A stretch of 64,000 nt of DNA from an uncultured Gemmatimonadota bacterium (GTDB lineage Bacteria; Gemmatimonadota; CAZMKB01; CAZNLH01). The notes under the pieces were generated by a model. The model worked only from the letters and a program-made list of their open reading frames with translations. It did no database searches and was not told the DNA's origin. Shown piece by piece: positions 38,354-48,604 of this stretch (its first letter is position 1; every line of letters begins with the position of its first letter). The DNA lies in contig CAZNLH010000005.1 of assembly GCA_964573995.1 (NCBI GenBank), positions 12,465 to 76,464 on the forward strand, in the 5' to 3' direction. The position numbers and the translations under genes are program-made.

Positions 38354-40762
38354 TCAGTCTCCGGGGAAACGGGCGACACTTTCGACATCAGTGGTGTCTC
38401 TATTGCGCCTCTTCCTCTTTCCATCTCCCCCGTAATAGTAATAATAGGAGTATGCATAGTGACCATATTTTCCATAATGACGCTTCATGTCGAGGCCGTT
38501 CATAACCACTCCGATTACCCTTGCTCCGACCTTCTCCAACCGATCTCTGGCCTCTTCGATCATCTCTGGCCGCGTCACCCCGGCCCTCACGACGAGGATG
38601 ACGCCCCCCACCTCGGTGCTGAGAATGGAGGCATCCGTCACTGGCAGGACCGGGGGGCTGTCCAGCAGGATGAAGTCATAGTCATTCTGTAAGCGTGTCA
38701 GGAGTTCCCTCATCCGAATCGAACTCAGGAGTTCGGAGGGGTTAGGAGGAATCGATCCGCACGGCAGGATCGACAGCCCGGAGACATTTGTGTCTCGAAC
38801 CGCTATATTAACCCCCGCCTTCCCGGTGAGGACGTCTGTCAGGCCGGGTTCCTTGCGTTGATAGAAGATGTGATTGATGACCGGTTTCCTCAGGTCACAA
38901 TCTCCGATCAGGACCCTCTGGCCCTGCTGCGCCAGGGTAATGGCCAGGTTGGCGGTCGTGGTGGATTTTCCCTCGCCCTGGTTCGGGCTGGTGAGGAGAA
39001 TGGTCTTCAGTTCCCTGGAAACATTGAAATATTGAATGTTCGTGCGGATATTCCGGTAAGACTCCGCGATGGGTGATCGCAGTTCGTGATGGGTCAGCAA
39101 CTTCGATTCCAGGTCGAGCCATACGGTCTCCGGGCTGCCATATCTCGACGCAGTCGATTGTACTTCCATGGCGGGAATCGAGCCGAGGAGTGGGAGTTCA
39201 AGGTCTTTCAAATCCTCCCAGGACTTGATGCTGTCGTCCAGGTACTCTATGCCGATGCTCGACGAGATGCCCAGGGACAGCCCGAGGATAAGGGCCAATA
39301 TCAAGTTCAGCAATATCCTGGGGCGGATCGGCTTCTCTGGGAGGATGGCCGGGTCGATGATCCGGATATCGCCTATCTCCGAGGCCTCGTTGATCTGGGC
39401 CTCCTTGTAACGAGTAAGCAACATGGTATATATTTGATCGTTGACCTTAGCCTTCCTCTCCAGCCCTGCGAGTTCGACCTCCTTGGCAGGGAGTTTCTCC
39501 AGGTCCTTCTGAATGGAGGCCACCGTCTGGCTCAGCGCCTTTATCTGCTCGTTAAGGGCATTCAGATAGTCCCTCGCGGTGTTCTGCAGGTTTCCTTCAA
39601 CCAGCCTGATCTGGTCATTCAGCACCTGTAGGTCTGGATACGAATCGGTGAACCGGCTGGAGAGATCCTTCCTGCGGATCTGTAGTTCGATCAACTGTTT
39701 CTTCAGCGATTGGATCGTCTTGTTGGTGATTAGGGATGGAAATGCCGTGACCTGCTGAAAGGCCGCGGAGTCCATCACGGCCGTTGTACTGCCCACGGAA
39801 CCGGGATGGTCCTGCCTGATGAGTTTAAGGATGCCGTCTCGCTCTGCTCGAATCCTCTCCAGTTCCGCCTGAAAGTCGGCCAATTTCTCAATCCTGTTCT
39901 GCGACTCCACGTCGAGGATGACGACCTGGTTCTTTTCCTTGAATTCCTTGAGATTTTCCTCGGACTCCGCGACTTGCTTGGAAGCGACCTTCAACTGGTC
40001 GTCGAGGAATTCCCTCACGTTCCTTGCCTCCAGGCGCTTCGTCGACAGGCCCTGGTCTACGAATATCTCGGCAAGGGTGTTTGTTATGTAACGGGCCTCA
40101 TCCTGGGTATTGGCCGAAATCGTCAACTCGACAATGCGCGTACCTCGAATCGGTTCCGCCTCGACATGATCCATAAAATTCCGGACCGTCGTGGGAAAGT
40201 CCAGGACCCGAAACTTGATGTCCTGGGAAAAGTTCCTGAACTCTGGAGATATCCGGAAAGAGAGCCCGGGAATGCGGACCTCGGCCCCCACCCTGCTCTC
40301 CACCACGAGTGGACTGTCCAGGTGCTTCATGCTATAATGCCCATCCTGCGTGAAATGAACGAGATAATCTCCCATCAAGGCACCATCCCCGACAGTCAAA
40401 GAAGAGAAGATGTCTCTCCTGCTCTCCCTCGGCTCCAGGATCTCCACGGATAGGCCGAGCCGGGAGACCACCTTTTCCGCGAGCGTTCGGCTCTTCAGAA
40501 CCTCCAACTCCGTCTCGATAAACTCGGTCTGCCCGTTGAGACTGATGTTTCGCATACCAAGGTATAAGGGACTCTCCGAGGCAGGGGGCTCGATCCTGAG
40601 GGTTGTGGTGGCCTTGTAAACAGGCGTGACAAGCAGGGAATAGGCGATCGAGAGAGAAAGAACCAGGAGGGTGACAACGGATATCAACCGCCTATGGTTA
40701 AATAGAATCGAATAATAATCTCTCAGGTGAAGCGATTCATCCCTTCTCTTCTTGAGACTCAA
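38354..40762 (-). CDS. wzc: polysaccharide co-polymerase / BY-kinase tyrosine autokinase (Wzc/EpsB-type)
   Basis: 802 aa. N-terminal Wzz domain with two TM segments flanking a long coiled-coil periplasmic region. C-terminal kinase domain with Walker A SPNQGEGKSTTTANLA, Walker A' DCDLRKP, Walker B FILLDSPPV, and terminal tyrosine cluster YAYSYYYYYGGDG. Confidence 0.85.
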   Translation of the reverse strand: MSLKKRRDESLHLRDYYSILFNHRRLISVVTLLVLSLSIAYSLLVTPVYKATTTLRIEPPASESPLYLGMRNISLNGQTEFIETELEVLKSRTLAEKVVSRLGLSVEILEPRESRRDIFSSLTVGDGALMGDYLVHFTQDGHYSMKHLDSPLVVESRVGAEVRIPGLSFRISPEFRNFSQDIKFRVLDFPTTVRNFMDHVEAEPIRGTRIVELTISANTQDEARYITNTLAEIFVDQGLSTKRLEARNVREFLDDQLKVASKQVAESEENLKEFKEKNQVVILDVESQNRIEKLADFQAELERIRAERDGILKLIRQDHPGSVGSTTAVMDSAAFQQVTAFPSLITNKTIQSLKKQLIELQIRRKDLSSRFTDSYPDLQVLNDQIRLVEGNLQNTARDYLNALNEQIKALSQTVASIQKDLEKLPAKEVELAGLERKAKVNDQIYTMLLTRYKEAQINEASEIGDIRIIDPAILPEKPIRPRILLNLILALILGLSLGISSSIGIEYLDDSIKSWEDLKDLELPLLGSIPAMEVQSTASRYGSPETVWLDLESKLLTHHELRSPIAESYRNIRTNIQYFNVSRELKTILLTSPNQGEGKSTTTANLAITLAQQGQRVLIGDCDLRKPVINHIFYQRKEPGLTDVLTGKAGVNIAVRDTNVSGLSILPCGSIPPNPSELLSSIRMRELLTRLQNDYDFILLDSPPVLPVTDASILSTEVGGVILVVRAGVTRPEMIEEARDRLEKVGARVIGVVMNGLDMKRHYGKYGHYAYSYYYYYGGDGKRKRRNRDTTDVESVARFPGD

Positions 40763-40947
40763 AGGTTTCCCCCTCGATCAAAAGGTTCAAATCCTCCAAG
40801 ATACTACCATCCCACGCCCCTTCGTTACGGCTTGTATGGATATCACAACGAAATAAAATAATATCGTTAATCAATGCTCAGACAACTTACCCAGTGTAAA
40901 AATGCTGCTATTGAACCTGTGATTTTAAAAGACACAGATCGGCCTTA

Positions 40948-41652
40948 TCATCTAACGATTACGCTCAGGACCAGTGCGGCAGCAGAGACCATCGAGGCTA
41001 TGATCGTCCAGTCTCTGACCGTAATTCCCCCCTTCTTCCCGACGACTATCTGGTCCCCGGATTTGATCCCGAACTTCTCTATGGGCTGATCCCCTTCGAG
41101 TTCCTTTTTCAGGTTCTTGCTCAGGATTTCCCCCCCCCGAATCACCTTTACCTTATCGATATCTCCATTCTCGTCCACCCCACCAGCCATTGAAAGGACT
41201 TCAGAGAGGCTCAATGTGGGATCAACGGGGTAGAGGCCCGGCTTGTCAACCTCGCCCATCACGTTTATCCTGAAGAGCGGGACCACCGTGATGTTCAGAT
41301 CCTTCAGGTACTTGGAGTATTTTTTTATCAAGAGTATCTTGAGGCTATCGGTAGAGATTTCTTTCACACTGACTGACCCCAATAAAGGAAGCGTCAGTTT
41401 CCCCCCTTCATCGACCGAGTAATCGCCACTAAGGTCTCCCCCTCTCCATATCTTGATCCTTACCATGTCGCCGGGTTTGAGAAATGACATATCCCCTCCG
41501 GCAGGCACGGCCCCGAGAGGAATATCAACTGTCGTAACGGTAAAGAGGACCATTGCCCAGGTCATCAACAGGACCTGTTTAAAACGTGACAACCCTTGCC
41601 GGCGGCAAGTAGGATCGTGATGGAAGTGATAGGTCATCTTGCTTTCTATCAT
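40948..41652 (-). CDS. periplasmic polysaccharide export protein (short Wza/EpsE/GumB-type, SLBB-like)
   Basis: 234 aa. Signal/anchor. ..GDMVRIKIWRGGDLSGDYSVDEGGKLTLPLLGSVSV.. export-protein core. Sits first in the EPS gene string. Confidence 0.6.
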   Translation of the reverse strand: MIESKMTYHFHHDPTCRRQGLSRFKQVLLMTWAMVLFTVTTVDIPLGAVPAGGDMSFLKPGDMVRIKIWRGGDLSGDYSVDEGGKLTLPLLGSVSVKEISTDSLKILLIKKYSKYLKDLNITVVPLFRINVMGEVDKPGLYPVDPTLSLSEVLSMAGGVDENGDIDKVKVIRGGEILSKNLKKELEGDQPIEKFGIKSGDQIVVGKKGGITVRDWTIIASMVSAAALVLSVIVR

Positions 41653-41815
41653 TGCACCAGGTTATGGCTGCTTGATGGCAGGGCAAACCGAGTGATTTCC
41701 CTGGTTTATCGAAAAACAAGCCCCGTCCGGATCTAAACCCGATGATCGACAATGAATGTATCCGGGGCACCCCTCCATGTCAAGAAAAATTGAAAGTGGA
41801 ACTCAGCACCGAGGA
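41653..41815 (-). promoter_or_regulatory. putative promoter/leader region upstream of wza, first gene of the EPS gene string
   Basis: 163-bp non-coding gap between lolA stop and wza start, lower GC than flanks. No motif verified. Confidence 0.25.
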
Positions 41816-42499
41816 TCAACGGTTCCACGGGGCGTCGAAGAAATCCGCATCCGGTGGTGGTGTAAATAAAAAAAGTTTATCCGGCAGCGAGTCGACCCTT
41901 TGCCATCCGAAGAAAGAATAGGTTACCACGTTCCCGGCCATGTCTTTATAAGATAGCCTCCTTGAGAGGAGGTCCTCCTTCCCCACCCACAGGTCGAGTG
42001 ACTGAAAGCGTGGCTTATTACTACCCGCCCTAAGGGAAAATGAGAAGCGATAGCAGGAGACTCCGGAGGCCTTCTCCTCACCGGACAGTCGGACGGAATA
42101 ATCGCTTAAAAGCATCTCCAGCGTTCGCTCCGAAAGTATTCCACCTATGTTCCCCTCGAGGGGGGTCCTATATACCTGCGGCCTCTCCCGGTCGGTCAGC
42201 AGCATCCAGTAAGATGAGCCGTCACAAACGAGCAACTCTCCCACCGGCTCTTCGTATTCCAGGCGAAGGAGATCAGGATGCCGGTAGTATATCCTGCCGC
42301 GATAGTTCCTCGTCTCCTGCATAAGGTTCATATCGACGTCCTGCTTGAATTCCCCTTGCAACGCGCCGGGTCGTGCTGCCGTTTCGGTAACCCGGTGAAG
42401 GATCTTCACTGTGTCCGGTCCCTTCGCATCGGCACGTCCGCGCGTGACAACCATCAGCAACACGCCGACCTCGAGCATAAAATAAAGTCGTCTTTTCAC
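41816..42499 (-). CDS. lolA: periplasmic lipoprotein carrier LolA-like
   Basis: 227 aa. Signal peptide. GEFKQ.., ..RPDLLRLEYEEPVGELLVCDGSSYWMLL.. and C-terminal FLFTPPPDADF parallel LolA motifs. ftsK-lolA adjacency as in many proteobacteria. Confidence 0.6.
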   Translation of the reverse strand: MKRRLYFMLEVGVLLMVVTRGRADAKGPDTVKILHRVTETAARPGALQGEFKQDVDMNLMQETRNYRGRIYYRHPDLLRLEYEEPVGELLVCDGSSYWMLLTDRERPQVYRTPLEGNIGGILSERTLEMLLSDYSVRLSGEEKASGVSCYRFSFSLRAGSNKPRFQSLDLWVGKEDLLSRRLSYKDMAGNVVTYSFFGWQRVDSLPDKLFLFTPPPDADFFDAPWNR

Positions 42500-42542
42500 C
42501 TATTATCTTACGCCCCGCATCGTTGTCAGGAGACCGGGTGTT

Positions 42543-44774
42543 TCATTCGATCCCCTTGTCCTTCAAGTATGACTCGTCCACCAGCACCTGCCTTGCCTTG
42601 CTGCCGTTGGGAGGGCCGACTATCGATGCCTCTTCGAGTTGGTCCACTATCCTGGCCGCACGTGTATAGCCTATCTTCAATTTCCTCTGTAAGAGAGAGG
42701 TGGATCCATGTCCATACAACACCACCAGTCTGGCTGCCTGGTTGAAGAGTTCGTCCTGGTCCTCACTGCACGGGTCCTTATCATCCCCCATGCGCAAGGG
42801 CCCGACGGCCGTCTCACCCCCCCCTTCAGGCTGCCACACCCCGACTTGAGACCTGACATAATCCACCACCCTCTCCAGTTCAGGCTGTGAAATGAACGCC
42901 CCGTGGATCCTAATCGGGGTAGAACTGCCTCCAGGCATATAGAGCATGTCCCCCTTACCGAGTAGTTTCTCCGCGCCGTTGGTGTCGAGAATTGTGCGGG
43001 AGTCCGTCTTTGTCGCCACGCGGAACGAGATCCTGGAAGGAAAGTTCGCCTTGATCAGGCCGGTAATTACATCGACGGAGGGCCTCTGAGTCGCCAGAAT
43101 CAGGTGTATGCCTACACCTCGCGCCATTTGCGCCAATCTCGTCAGGGGGTCCTCCACATCGTTCTGCATCGTCAGGATCAGATCGGCCAACTCGTCGATA
43201 ATTATGACGAGAAAGGGCAACCTCTTCTCGGCGCCCCCCTCTTCCGCGGATACGCGTCTGTTATATTCCGGGATGCTCCTCACCCCCTTGGCCGCCAGCA
43301 GGCTGTAACGTTCCTCCATCTCCCGGACCGCCCACCTGAGCGCCTTTACGGCCTCTTTCGGGTCTGTAACAACGGGGACTAGCAGGTGCGGAATACCGTT
43401 GTATATCCCAAGTTCCAGCATCTTCGGGTCGATCATGATCAGCGTGAGATCATCCGGGGAGAAGTGATAGAGGAAGCCTGTCACCAGGCAGTGGATATTG
43501 ACCGACTTCCCGGACCCCGTGGCCCCTGCAATCAGGAGATGGGGCATCCCTGTCAGGTCGGCCACGACCGGTTTCCCCACGATGTCCTTGCCGAGGGGCA
43601 ACGGAAGGGTAGATCCGCTTTTCAAGAAACTCTCGTCGCCCAGGATCTCCCGGATAAAGACCTTTTCAGGCCTAGAGTTCGGAATCTCGATCCCAACAGC
43701 GCCCTTTCCGGGAATCGGGGCCACTACGCGGATCTTGTAAGCCTTCATTGCCATTGCAAGGTCATCGGAAAGGCTCTGGACCTGACTGACCTTGATCCCA
43801 GGCGCCGGTTTCAACTCAAACATTGTAATGACCGGCCCCGAGACAATATCAACCACTTCCGCACGTATGTTGAAATCCCCCAGGGTATCAATCAGGATAC
43901 GGGCAAGGTCGCCATTTTCTTTGTCAGCCCTGGCGGCAGGCTCCCTCTTGGGTGAAGTGAGCAATGACAGGGGAGGCAGGTTGTAGCCACCGGCCATATC
44001 CACCGGCCTCGAACCATCCTCCCTCTCCTCGATGCAGGGCGCATCCTGCAGCCTACCCCCACCCCTCACCACCCGTACCGACCGACCCCCGCCCCCCCCC
44101 TCAATCTTCCGCTTAGTCCCAGCCGCGGAAGCCCTCCGGTGGCCCAGTCGCTCCTTTACCCTCGTCTCAGTCTCCTCCCTCCGACGCCTCTTCCGTTCCA
44201 TCCTCCAATCCTCCAAGGCGACCAATAGGCGTCTTACAGCCGTACCCCCCTTGTTGAATGCCATGCCCAGCCATCCGAGTAAGATGGAAGTCAACGGCCC
44301 TATCCGTATCCCTGTCGCCAGGAGGATCACAAGGAGCCCTGTTGCATAAATAACGAGAAGGGAGCCCAACATGCCTATTTGATCCACGAGCCAACGTGAA
44401 AGATCCCCTGCCAGCCAGCCCGTGTCGGCCGGATTATTCGTCCGAATGAAACCGGCCGCTGAATAAAGGAGAGGGATGAAAAATGCCAGGACAGTCAGCC
44501 GTATGGGAAGGACCGGGGAACGCTCGAGGAAACGGTCTATCCCCCAGGCAACCACGATGAAGGGTGCCAGGGCAGCCCCCCACCCCAAGGAAGACACAAG
44601 TCGATTCCCGAGATACTCACCCACAGGGCCGGCCAGGTTGGCCGATCCCACCACCCCGGCAAATATGCCTTCGATCCACTGGGGAGGCATCAGGCTCAGC
44701 CCCAGGAGCAGGCCGAAGGTGATCAGGAGCAAGCCCAGGACTTCCTGCCTGTTTTCATCAGTGATACCGAACAT
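42543..44774 (-). CDS. ftsK: DNA translocase FtsK/SpoIIIE
   Basis: 743 aa. N-terminal 4-5 TM, Pro/Gly/Arg-rich linker, motor domain with Walker A AGATGSGKSV and Walker B LVIIIDELADL, C-terminal gamma winged-helix. Confidence 0.9.
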   Translation of the reverse strand: MFGITDENRQEVLGLLLITFGLLLGLSLMPPQWIEGIFAGVVGSANLAGPVGEYLGNRLVSSLGWGAALAPFIVVAWGIDRFLERSPVLPIRLTVLAFFIPLLYSAAGFIRTNNPADTGWLAGDLSRWLVDQIGMLGSLLVIYATGLLVILLATGIRIGPLTSILLGWLGMAFNKGGTAVRRLLVALEDWRMERKRRRREETETRVKERLGHRRASAAGTKRKIEGGGGGRSVRVVRGGGRLQDAPCIEEREDGSRPVDMAGGYNLPPLSLLTSPKREPAARADKENGDLARILIDTLGDFNIRAEVVDIVSGPVITMFELKPAPGIKVSQVQSLSDDLAMAMKAYKIRVVAPIPGKGAVGIEIPNSRPEKVFIREILGDESFLKSGSTLPLPLGKDIVGKPVVADLTGMPHLLIAGATGSGKSVNIHCLVTGFLYHFSPDDLTLIMIDPKMLELGIYNGIPHLLVPVVTDPKEAVKALRWAVREMEERYSLLAAKGVRSIPEYNRRVSAEEGGAEKRLPFLVIIIDELADLILTMQNDVEDPLTRLAQMARGVGIHLILATQRPSVDVITGLIKANFPSRISFRVATKTDSRTILDTNGAEKLLGKGDMLYMPGGSSTPIRIHGAFISQPELERVVDYVRSQVGVWQPEGGGETAVGPLRMGDDKDPCSEDQDELFNQAARLVVLYGHGSTSLLQRKLKIGYTRAARIVDQLEEASIVGPPNGSKARQVLVDESYLKDKGIE
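44092..44100. repeat. C9/G9 homopolymer tract inside ftsK linker coding region (preceded by C5)
   Basis: Directly visible: ..cgacccccg ccccccccc tcaatc.. It encodes the GGGGG run of the FtsK linker. Confidence 0.9.
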
Positions 44775-44788
44775 CTGAAACTACGAAT

Positions 44789-46138
44789 TCAGGAGTCCAT
44801 CTGGTCGATGAAGTGGGTGTCATAGTCACCTGCAATGAAGCGCGGGTGAGACATAACGATCTTATGGAAGGGGATCGTCGTCGTGATTCCCTCGATGATA
44901 AACTCTTCGAGGGCGCGCCGCATCCTCAGAATGGCCTCCTCCCTCGTCCGGTCATGGACGATAAGTTTCGCCACGAGCGAATCGTAATTGGGAGGGATCT
45001 CATACGGCATGTAGGCGTGGGTATCGACCCGCACACCCGGGCCTCCCGGCGGATGAAAAGAGGTGATCATCCCCGGGGACGGGAGAAACCCGCGACGCGA
45101 ATCTTCCGCATTTATACGGCACTCGATCGCATGGCCGTTTAATCGCATACTCTCATCCCCGACATCCATTTCTCTGCCCGCGGCAATCCTGATCTGCTCA
45201 CGTATCAGGTCTATACCGTGGACCATCTCGGTTACCGGGTGTTCCACCTGGATCCGCGTGTTCATCTCCATGAAATAATAGGACCCATCATCGTCCAGGA
45301 GGAACTCCACCGTGCCGGCCCCCACGTATCCGATCCGTCTCGCTCCGCGGATCGCCGCGTCCTGCAATTTTTTCCTGAGCGTGTCATGGACAACTGGCGA
45401 CGGTGACTCCTCGATCAACTTCTGGTGCTTGCGCTGTATAGTGCAATCCCGTTCGCTTAGAGATATGATCTTGCCGGAAGCATCCCCGAGGATCTGAACC
45501 TCGACGTGGCGCGGATGGGAAAGATACTTCTCGATGTAAAGGTCCGACCTCCCGAAGGCCCTCTCCGCCTCCAACTGTGCCATCTCGAAGGCATTCTTGA
45601 GTTCCCTCTCATGGTTGACTATTCTCATGCCCTTTCCGCCGCCGCCTGCCGAGGCCTTCAGGATGACCGGGAAGCCGATCTTACGGGCCATCTCCAGGGC
45701 CTTGTCCGGACCGCCGAGTATGCCGTTACCGCCGGGGATAACCGGCACCCCCGCCTCTCCCATCAGCGACTTCGCCAGGCTCTTGTCTCCCATCCGCCTG
45801 ATCATTTCCGCCGAAGGTCCGATGAAGATGATATTGCTTGTCTCACACACATCGGCAAACTCTGCGTTCTCGGCGAGGAATCCATACCCGGGGTGGATGG
45901 CGTCAACGTTGGTAATCTCGGCAGCCGCCATGATCCTGTGGATATTCAAGTAACTCTCACCAGCAGGCGGCGGCCCGATACAGATATCTTCATCGGCGAA
46001 CCTGACATGGAGTGAATCACGGTCTGCCTCCGACCATACGGCCACCGTCCTAATACCCAACTCCTTGCACGACCGTATTATCCTCAGACCTATTTCACCC
46101 CGGTTTGCAATCAGGATCTTTTTAATCACGCCCGTCAC
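44789..46138 (-). CDS. accC: acetyl-CoA carboxylase biotin carboxylase subunit
   Basis: 449 aa. N-terminus [27 protein letters not shown]-grasp motifs. Near-full-length identity pattern with AccC. Confidence 0.9.
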   Translation of the reverse strand: MTGVIKKILIANRGEIGLRIIRSCKELGIRTVAVWSEADRDSLHVRFADEDICIGPPPAGESYLNIHRIMAAAEITNVDAIHPGYGFLAENAEFADVCETSNIIFIGPSAEMIRRMGDKSLAKSLMGEAGVPVIPGGNGILGGPDKALEMARKIGFPVILKASAGGGGKGMRIVNHERELKNAFEMAQLEAERAFGRSDLYIEKYLSHPRHVEVQILGDASGKIISLSERDCTIQRKHQKLIEESPSPVVHDTLRKKLQDAAIRGARRIGYVGAGTVEFLLDDDGSYYFMEMNTRIQVEHPVTEMVHGIDLIREQIRIAAGREMDVGDESMRLNGHAIECRINAEDSRRGFLPSPGMITSFHPPGGPGVRVDTHAYMPYEIPPNYDSLVAKLIVHDRTREEAILRMRRALEEFIIEGITTTIPFHKIVMSHPRFIAGDYDTHFIDQMDS

Positions 46139-47303
46139 CCCCCCCCTCCTCCGGGGGTCCGCTCGGAAGTCCCTCGAAATCGGCCCACCTTCGGTCCGAG
46201 GTTGACTTGATCCCCTTCACATGGAGTGAAAACTCCGTCGGGTTCGATGAATGATACAGGGCCTCATCGTAAGTGATGAGGCCGGAACTGAAGAGTTTCA
46301 TGAGGCTCTGGTCAAACGACTGCATTCCGTACCTTGCGAAACCCTCCTGAATAAGCCCGGGGATCGAAGAGGTTTTCAATGGATCTGTGATGCAGTCCTT
46401 GATCGTTTCCGTGTTGATCAGGACCTCGCAGGCGGGAACACGTCCCTTGTCATCGGCCCTCCTCAATAACCGCATCGAGACCACCGCCACCAGGGTGTTG
46501 GCCACCAGGAGTCGGATCTCCTGGTGCTGGTGTGGTGGGAAAAAAGAGATGATCCTGCCGATCGTTTGAGTAGTATCTGCCGTATGGAGGGTACTGAAGA
46601 CGAGATGGCCCGTATCGGCGGCCTGCAGCGCTATCTCCATACTCTCCCTGTCCCTGATCTCCCCGAGCAGGATGACATCCGGATCCTGCCTGAGGATGTG
46701 CCGGAGGGCTATTGTATACGAGGGGGTGTCTTCGCCCACCTCGCGCTGATTGATCACGCTCTTCCTATCAACATGAATGAACTCGATGGGGTCCTCCACG
46801 GTGATGATGTGCCTCCGCAGGCTTTCGTTGATGTGCTGAATCATCGCCGCCAGGGTCGTGCTCTTTCCACTTCCGGTTATCCCGGTGATCAGGACGAGCC
46901 CCCTCGGCTTCAAGGCGAGGTCCTTGAGCACGGCAGGGAGCATGAGTTCATCGAACGGAATAAGGTCCTCCGGGATAGATCGGATAGCAATTGCCTTTGT
47001 CCCCCTCTGCCTGAAGATATTCGTTCGAAACCTCCCAATCCCCTCGATTCCGAACGCGAAATCGACCGCTTTCTTCCGCTCGAATTCCCTCTTCTGGCGT
47101 CCCCCCGTAATCTCTTCGCAGAAGGAGTCCATAATGGCATCAGTGACAGGCTCGACGGAGAGATCGATCAATTCGCCGTTTATCCGCAGTACGGGGGGGA
47201 AACCCACCCTTAGGTGGAGGTCCGAGGCCTTCCTCCTGACCATTTCATCAAGCAGGACACGTATACCCGGCCCGCTTGTATCGGCTTCTTTCCGGTCTTC
47301 CAT
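46122..47303 (-). CDS. pilT: PilT/PilU-family type IV pilus retraction-type ATPase
   Basis: 393 aa. [20 protein letters not shown]. Walker [15 protein letters not shown]. Asp box/Walker [13 protein letters not shown]. His box [15 protein letters not shown]-terminal [19 protein letters not shown] plus ~30-aa extension. Overlaps accC start by 17 nt and starts 5 nt after accB. Confidence 0.8.
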   Translation of the reverse strand: MEDRKEADTSGPGIRVLLDEMVRRKASDLHLRVGFPPVLRINGELIDLSVEPVTDAIMDSFCEEITGGRQKREFERKKAVDFAFGIEGIGRFRTNIFRQRGTKAIAIRSIPEDLIPFDELMLPAVLKDLALKPRGLVLITGITGSGKSTTLAAMIQHINESLRRHIITVEDPIEFIHVDRKSVINQREVGEDTPSYTIALRHILRQDPDVILLGEIRDRESMEIALQAADTGHLVFSTLHTADTTQTIGRIISFFPPHQHQEIRLLVANTLVAVVSMRLLRRADDKGRVPACEVLINTETIKDCITDPLKTSSIPGLIQEGFARYGMQSFDQSLMKLFSSGLITYDEALYHSSNPTEFSLHVKGIKSTSDRRWADFEGLPSGPPEEGGGDGRD

Positions 47304-47307
47304 ATTC

Positions 47308-47805
47308 TCAGGTCTTGATCAAAAAGAGATGCTGCCCATATTCGATCGGATCGCCGTTCTCAACGAATATCCTGCTCACTTCCCCGTTTACCTCAGATGG
47401 GAGTTCATTCATGAGTTTCATCGCCTCTATGATACACAGGGTCTGCCCCACAGTCACCTTCGATCCCTCCTCTACGAAAGGAGGGGCAGCCGGGGCCGGC
47501 GAACGATAGAACGTCCCGACCATGGGAGCCTTTACTACGACTCCCTCCGATTCATCGACGGCCTGCTCTTCCGTAATCTCCTCGGCCCCTTCAACCGGTA
47601 CCGGGTTAACACTCGAACCTTGAGTTTTTCTTTCCGACTCCGTTGCTGCAGCACCCGGGTTATCCGCTGATCCGGAATTCAAAGATGGAGGGTTTTTTCG
47701 TATCCTGATCCGTCGCCCCCACCGTGTTACCTCCAGTTCATCGATCTGGCTCTCCTCGACGATCTTGATCAATTTTTTAATCTCATCGATCAACATATAA
47801 TGCAA
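47308..47805 (-). CDS. accB: acetyl-CoA carboxylase biotin carboxyl carrier protein
   Basis: 165 aa. Pro/Ala-rich linker then biotinyl domain with EAMKLMNE (biotinyl-lysine motif). Confidence 0.8.
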   Translation of the reverse strand: MHYMLIDEIKKLIKIVEESQIDELEVTRWGRRIRIRKNPPSLNSGSADNPGAAATESERKTQGSSVNPVPVEGAEEITEEQAVDESEGVVVKAPMVGTFYRSPAPAAPPFVEEGSKVTVGQTLCIIEAMKLMNELPSEVNGEVSRIFVENGDPIEYGQHLFLIKT

Positions 47806-47981
47806 CTCCGGTATTTTCTTGTTGACAAGTCGGGCTGGCTCGGACCAGTCGATCGCTTCATCTCGATGTCCTACTCATCCCATTTGGAGATTCGAAGTCT
47901 GAACGGCCATCGAACCGAAGGATGGACCACACCGGTCGGGATCAATAGAAAACTAACTCAAGAGATCGACCTTCCTCGGGA

Positions 47982-48542
47982 TCAACCGACCCGTTCGAGA
48001 TAGGACCCGGTCCTCCTGTCCACCCGTATTACCTCCCCTTCCGAAATAAATAGGGGGACCTGCACAACGACACCTGTCTCCAGCCTCGCCGGTTTCGTCC
48101 CACCCTGTGCCGTGTCGCCCCGCACACCTGGGTCCGTGTCTACTACCTTGAGATCGATAAAAAAAGGAAGTTCAATACCGATAACCGCCCCATCGTGGAC
48201 CAGGCCCTCACATTCAAAGCCCTCTTTCAGGTACCCCACCTGGTCTCCGATCACGGCATCACCCAGTACATATTGCTCAAATGTCTCCCCGTCCATGAAA
48301 TAATAATGCTCATCGCTTCGGTACAGGTACTGGAGCCTTCTGCGTTCGAGCCTGACCTCGTTTATCCTCTCCCCCGCGCGGAATGTCTTCTCAACAACCG
48401 CTCCATCCGGGACCTTCTTCAATTTCGTCCGGACAAAGGCCCCTCCCTTGCCCGGCTTGACGTGCAGAAACTCGACTATCGACCAGAGTTCACCCTTGAT
48501 CTCCAGAACCATGCCATTCCTGAAATCAGCGGTTGTCGCCAT
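47982..48542 (-). CDS. efp: translation elongation factor P
   Basis: 186 aa. N-terminus ..FRNGMVLEIKGELWSIVEFLHVKPGKGGAFVRTKLK.. (KPGKG loop). Confidence 0.9.
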   Translation of the reverse strand: MATTADFRNGMVLEIKGELWSIVEFLHVKPGKGGAFVRTKLKKVPDGAVVEKTFRAGERINEVRLERRRLQYLYRSDEHYYFMDGETFEQYVLGDAVIGDQVGYLKEGFECEGLVHDGAVIGIELPFFIDLKVVDTDPGVRGDTAQGGTKPARLETGVVVQVPLFISEGEVIRVDRRTGSYLERVG

Positions 48543-48604
48543 AGCCTTTGCCTTTCAATGCATTCGCAATTGCCGATTACCCACCCCACAACACTCTCCC
48601 GTTG

